Source: an uncultured virus (IMG/VR IMGVR_UViG_3300030331_001986) (Duplodnaviria; Heunggongvirae; Uroviricota; Caudoviricetes). Taken from it: DNA of 26,175 bases. The DNA is taken from the IMG/VR virus record IMGVR_UViG_3300030331_001986; one strand, 5' to 3'. A program made the translations under genes and the position numbers. Shown piece after piece: positions 24,607 through 26,175 of the stretch. The notes beneath the pieces are model-generated. The model saw only the letters and a list, made by a program, of their open reading frames with translations, was not told where the DNA came from and ran no database searches. Numbering within the stretch: position 1 is the stretch's first letter; every line of letters begins with the position of its first letter.

Positions 24607-24893
24607 AAGAAGTAGAATATGAAATTTTAAAATATATAATGTTTAACGAATACGGAAACTTTCAAGGGTTAACTGATTTATTCAAAAGTTTAGGCGCTGT
24701 CTGTAGCGATAAAGGTCATTTACTAAAACCTGAAAATAATAAAGTAAAAGATAAAGCATTACAAAAGAGAATTATTACTGCTAGAAAAGCAGTACAGAAT
24801 GTTTTAGGTAATATGATTGATAGTAGAATTAAATATTTAACAGAGGAACATGTAGATTATGGAATAGAAAATTATAAAGAAATAGGTGGATAA
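24585..24893 (+). CDS. Hypothetical protein, 102 aa
   Basis: GAGGG SD; overlaps both neighbours. Confidence 0.75.
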   Translation: MARPRSIKEVEYEILKYIMFNEYGNFQGLTDLFKSLGAVCSDKGHLLKPENNKVKDKALQKRIITARKAVQNVLGNMIDSRIKYLTEEHVDYGIENYKEIGG

Positions 24894-25458
24894 AATGAAA
24901 AGGAAAATAATGATAATAGGAACGGGAGGAATTGGAAGTTTTCTAATCCCTCTTTTAGACAAAACAGGACTGTATAAGATAACGGCTTTCGACCCCGATA
25001 TTGTCGAAACTAAGAACTTAACTTATCAGAATTATGAACAAGACGAAGTAGAAGATAAGAAAGTTTATGCTATGAAAAACCGCTACAAATCAGTAGTTAA
25101 AGCAGAACCATATTTAGTGCTAACACAAAGACAAATTGATGGATATGATTTAGTAATTTGTTGTGCAGATAACTTAGATGTAAGAAGGTTACTTTATAGG
25201 TCATCAGTGCAATGGTTAGATTTGAGGGCTCAAGCAAGGAATGGCGCTTTGATTAGTTATAAGACACCAAAGAATATGTTTGATACAGTATTAACAGGAC
25301 CAGATGGAAGTTTTTCATGTCAAGGAGATAGTTGGGAAGGTAAGAAAGAAGGGATACATTTTACTCATGTAGCAATAGCAGGTATGGCCGCAGAATGGAT
25401 GCAAAGATGGTTTGTAGATAATGATGATGTTTGTGATTATAAGGTTGTGAATATATGA
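24886..25458 (+). CDS. ThiF/MoeB/E1-family adenylating enzyme
   Basis: IIGTGGIGS, FDPDIVETKNLTYQNY, DLVICCADNLDVRR; candidate catalytic Cys in GSFSCQ; no Zn CxxC pairs. Confidence 0.9.
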   Translation: MDKMKRKIMIIGTGGIGSFLIPLLDKTGLYKITAFDPDIVETKNLTYQNYEQDEVEDKKVYAMKNRYKSVVKAEPYLVLTQRQIDGYDLVICCADNLDVRRLLYRSSVQWLDLRAQARNGALISYKTPKNMFDTVLTGPDGSFSCQGDSWEGKKEGIHFTHVAIAGMAAEWMQRWFVDNDDVCDYKVVNI

Positions 25459-25940
25459 TAATATTAAATGGAAATTGGAAAGAAGAAATCATTAAAGCGT
25501 TTGAAGATGGTGAGGCTTTAAGAAGTATATTTCAAAAACCAAAAGGTACAGAAGTTTACAGGAGACACTTTTTTCTTGAAAAAATATGGGAAATGAGTAT
25601 GGAAGCATTCGATACCCCAAGAGAAGTTCAAGTTGTAATAGATTCGAATAATAGATTGTTCATTAGTTTTGGAACTTTCTCTTTCGTGGAATTCAGTGAA
25701 GACCCAGTAGGAATGAAGTTACCAGTTAAGTGTTGGATTCATACTCATCCTTTTGGCAAGGCGTACTTTAGTGGGACGGATATGAGAACAATTAATACAT
25801 GGAAAACTAGAATGCTTAGTGCTATTGTATTAGGAGATAATGAACATCAAACTTGGTTTAAGAATGTAGATTATATGGAACATCATAGTTACCAAAAAAC
25901 CGAGTATATAGAATTTAAAGAATTAAAGGAGGAAGAATAA
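25455..25940 (+). CDS. JAB/MPN+ (JAMM) metallopeptidase
   Basis: Upstream Glu (PREVQ) and WIHTHPFGKAYFSGTD, matching HxH-x7-S-x2-D. Confidence 0.9.
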   Translation: MIILNGNWKEEIIKAFEDGEALRSIFQKPKGTEVYRRHFFLEKIWEMSMEAFDTPREVQVVIDSNNRLFISFGTFSFVEFSEDPVGMKLPVKCWIHTHPFGKAYFSGTDMRTINTWKTRMLSAIVLGDNEHQTWFKNVDYMEHHSYQKTEYIEFKELKEEE

Positions 25941-25941
25941 A

Positions 25942-26169
25942 ATGAAATTAGAAGCGATAGGAGAGTTTGTAGTATTACAGGAAACTAAAACAAATATGGG
26001 TCAGTTCACTATGACTGAAACTCATAAAGGTAAAGTTATCTCTGTAGGAAAAGATGTAGAAGAAATAGAAGTTGGTGATGAGGTATATTATCAACCTAAT
26101 AAGATAATTAAGTTAGGCGATTATTTCGCTGTACATATGAATGTAATATGTTGTAAGGTGATAGAATGA
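25942..26169 (+). CDS. groES: GroES/Cpn10 co-chaperonin
   Basis: LEAIGEFVVL, KGKVISVGKDV..IEVGDEVYY; size and pattern of Cpn10. Confidence 0.8.
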   Translation: MKLEAIGEFVVLQETKTNMGQFTMTETHKGKVISVGKDVEEIEVGDEVYYQPNKIIKLGDYFAVHMNVICCKVIE

Positions 26170-26175
26170 TAGTGA

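Noticed and set aside
20693..25458. ThiS/ThiF as a thiamine or molybdopterin biosynthesis module
   Set aside because: No thiG, moaE or sulfurtransferase in the window, and a JAB and an E2-like gene are present; not fully excluded without the rest of the genome
10740..25940. Recurrent acidic or Gly C-termini (GGEEE, EELE, GGEE, KEEE) as a degron or tag
   Set aside because: Largely explained by GGAGG/GGTGG SD sequences of the next gene overlapping the last codons
1..26175. tRNA genes accompanying the CCA enzyme
   Set aside because: No convincing cloverleaf with a T-loop seen by eye; tRNAscan-SE would settle it

Overview
AT-rich, gene-dense fragment of a tailed dsDNA virus that probably infects archaea. 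The evidence is an archaeal-type TFIIB homologue, GGTGA/GGAGG Shine-Dalgarno motifs, leaderless early genes and a GroES gene. This profile suggests a virus of Marine Group II Euryarchaeota (inference, no database search run). There are three 10-N scaffold gaps. Layout: (1) 1-10073, a minus-strand operon of large unknown proteins, several sharing an N-terminal M-[SGT]-W-x-x-[IL]-L-K tag, plus a class II CCA-adding enzyme, a 2H phosphodiesterase and an HMG-CoA lyase. (2) About 10490-15200, small genes in mixed orientation, separated by 10 copies of a palindromic CAAAG..ACCATATGGT..CTTTG element tied to leaderless promoters and UUCG hairpins. (3) 15200-16850, a mostly non-coding stretch with an iteron/AT-rich origin candidate and several structured RNAs, including a duplicated, covarying ~95-100 nt motif. 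(4) 16850-26175, a plus-strand block with a DenV-like glycosylase, TFIIB, GroES and what looks like a complete virus-encoded ubiquitin-like conjugation pathway (Ubl ending GG-N, divergent E2-like protein, ThiF/E1, JAB peptidase). All family calls come from motif recognition by eye.
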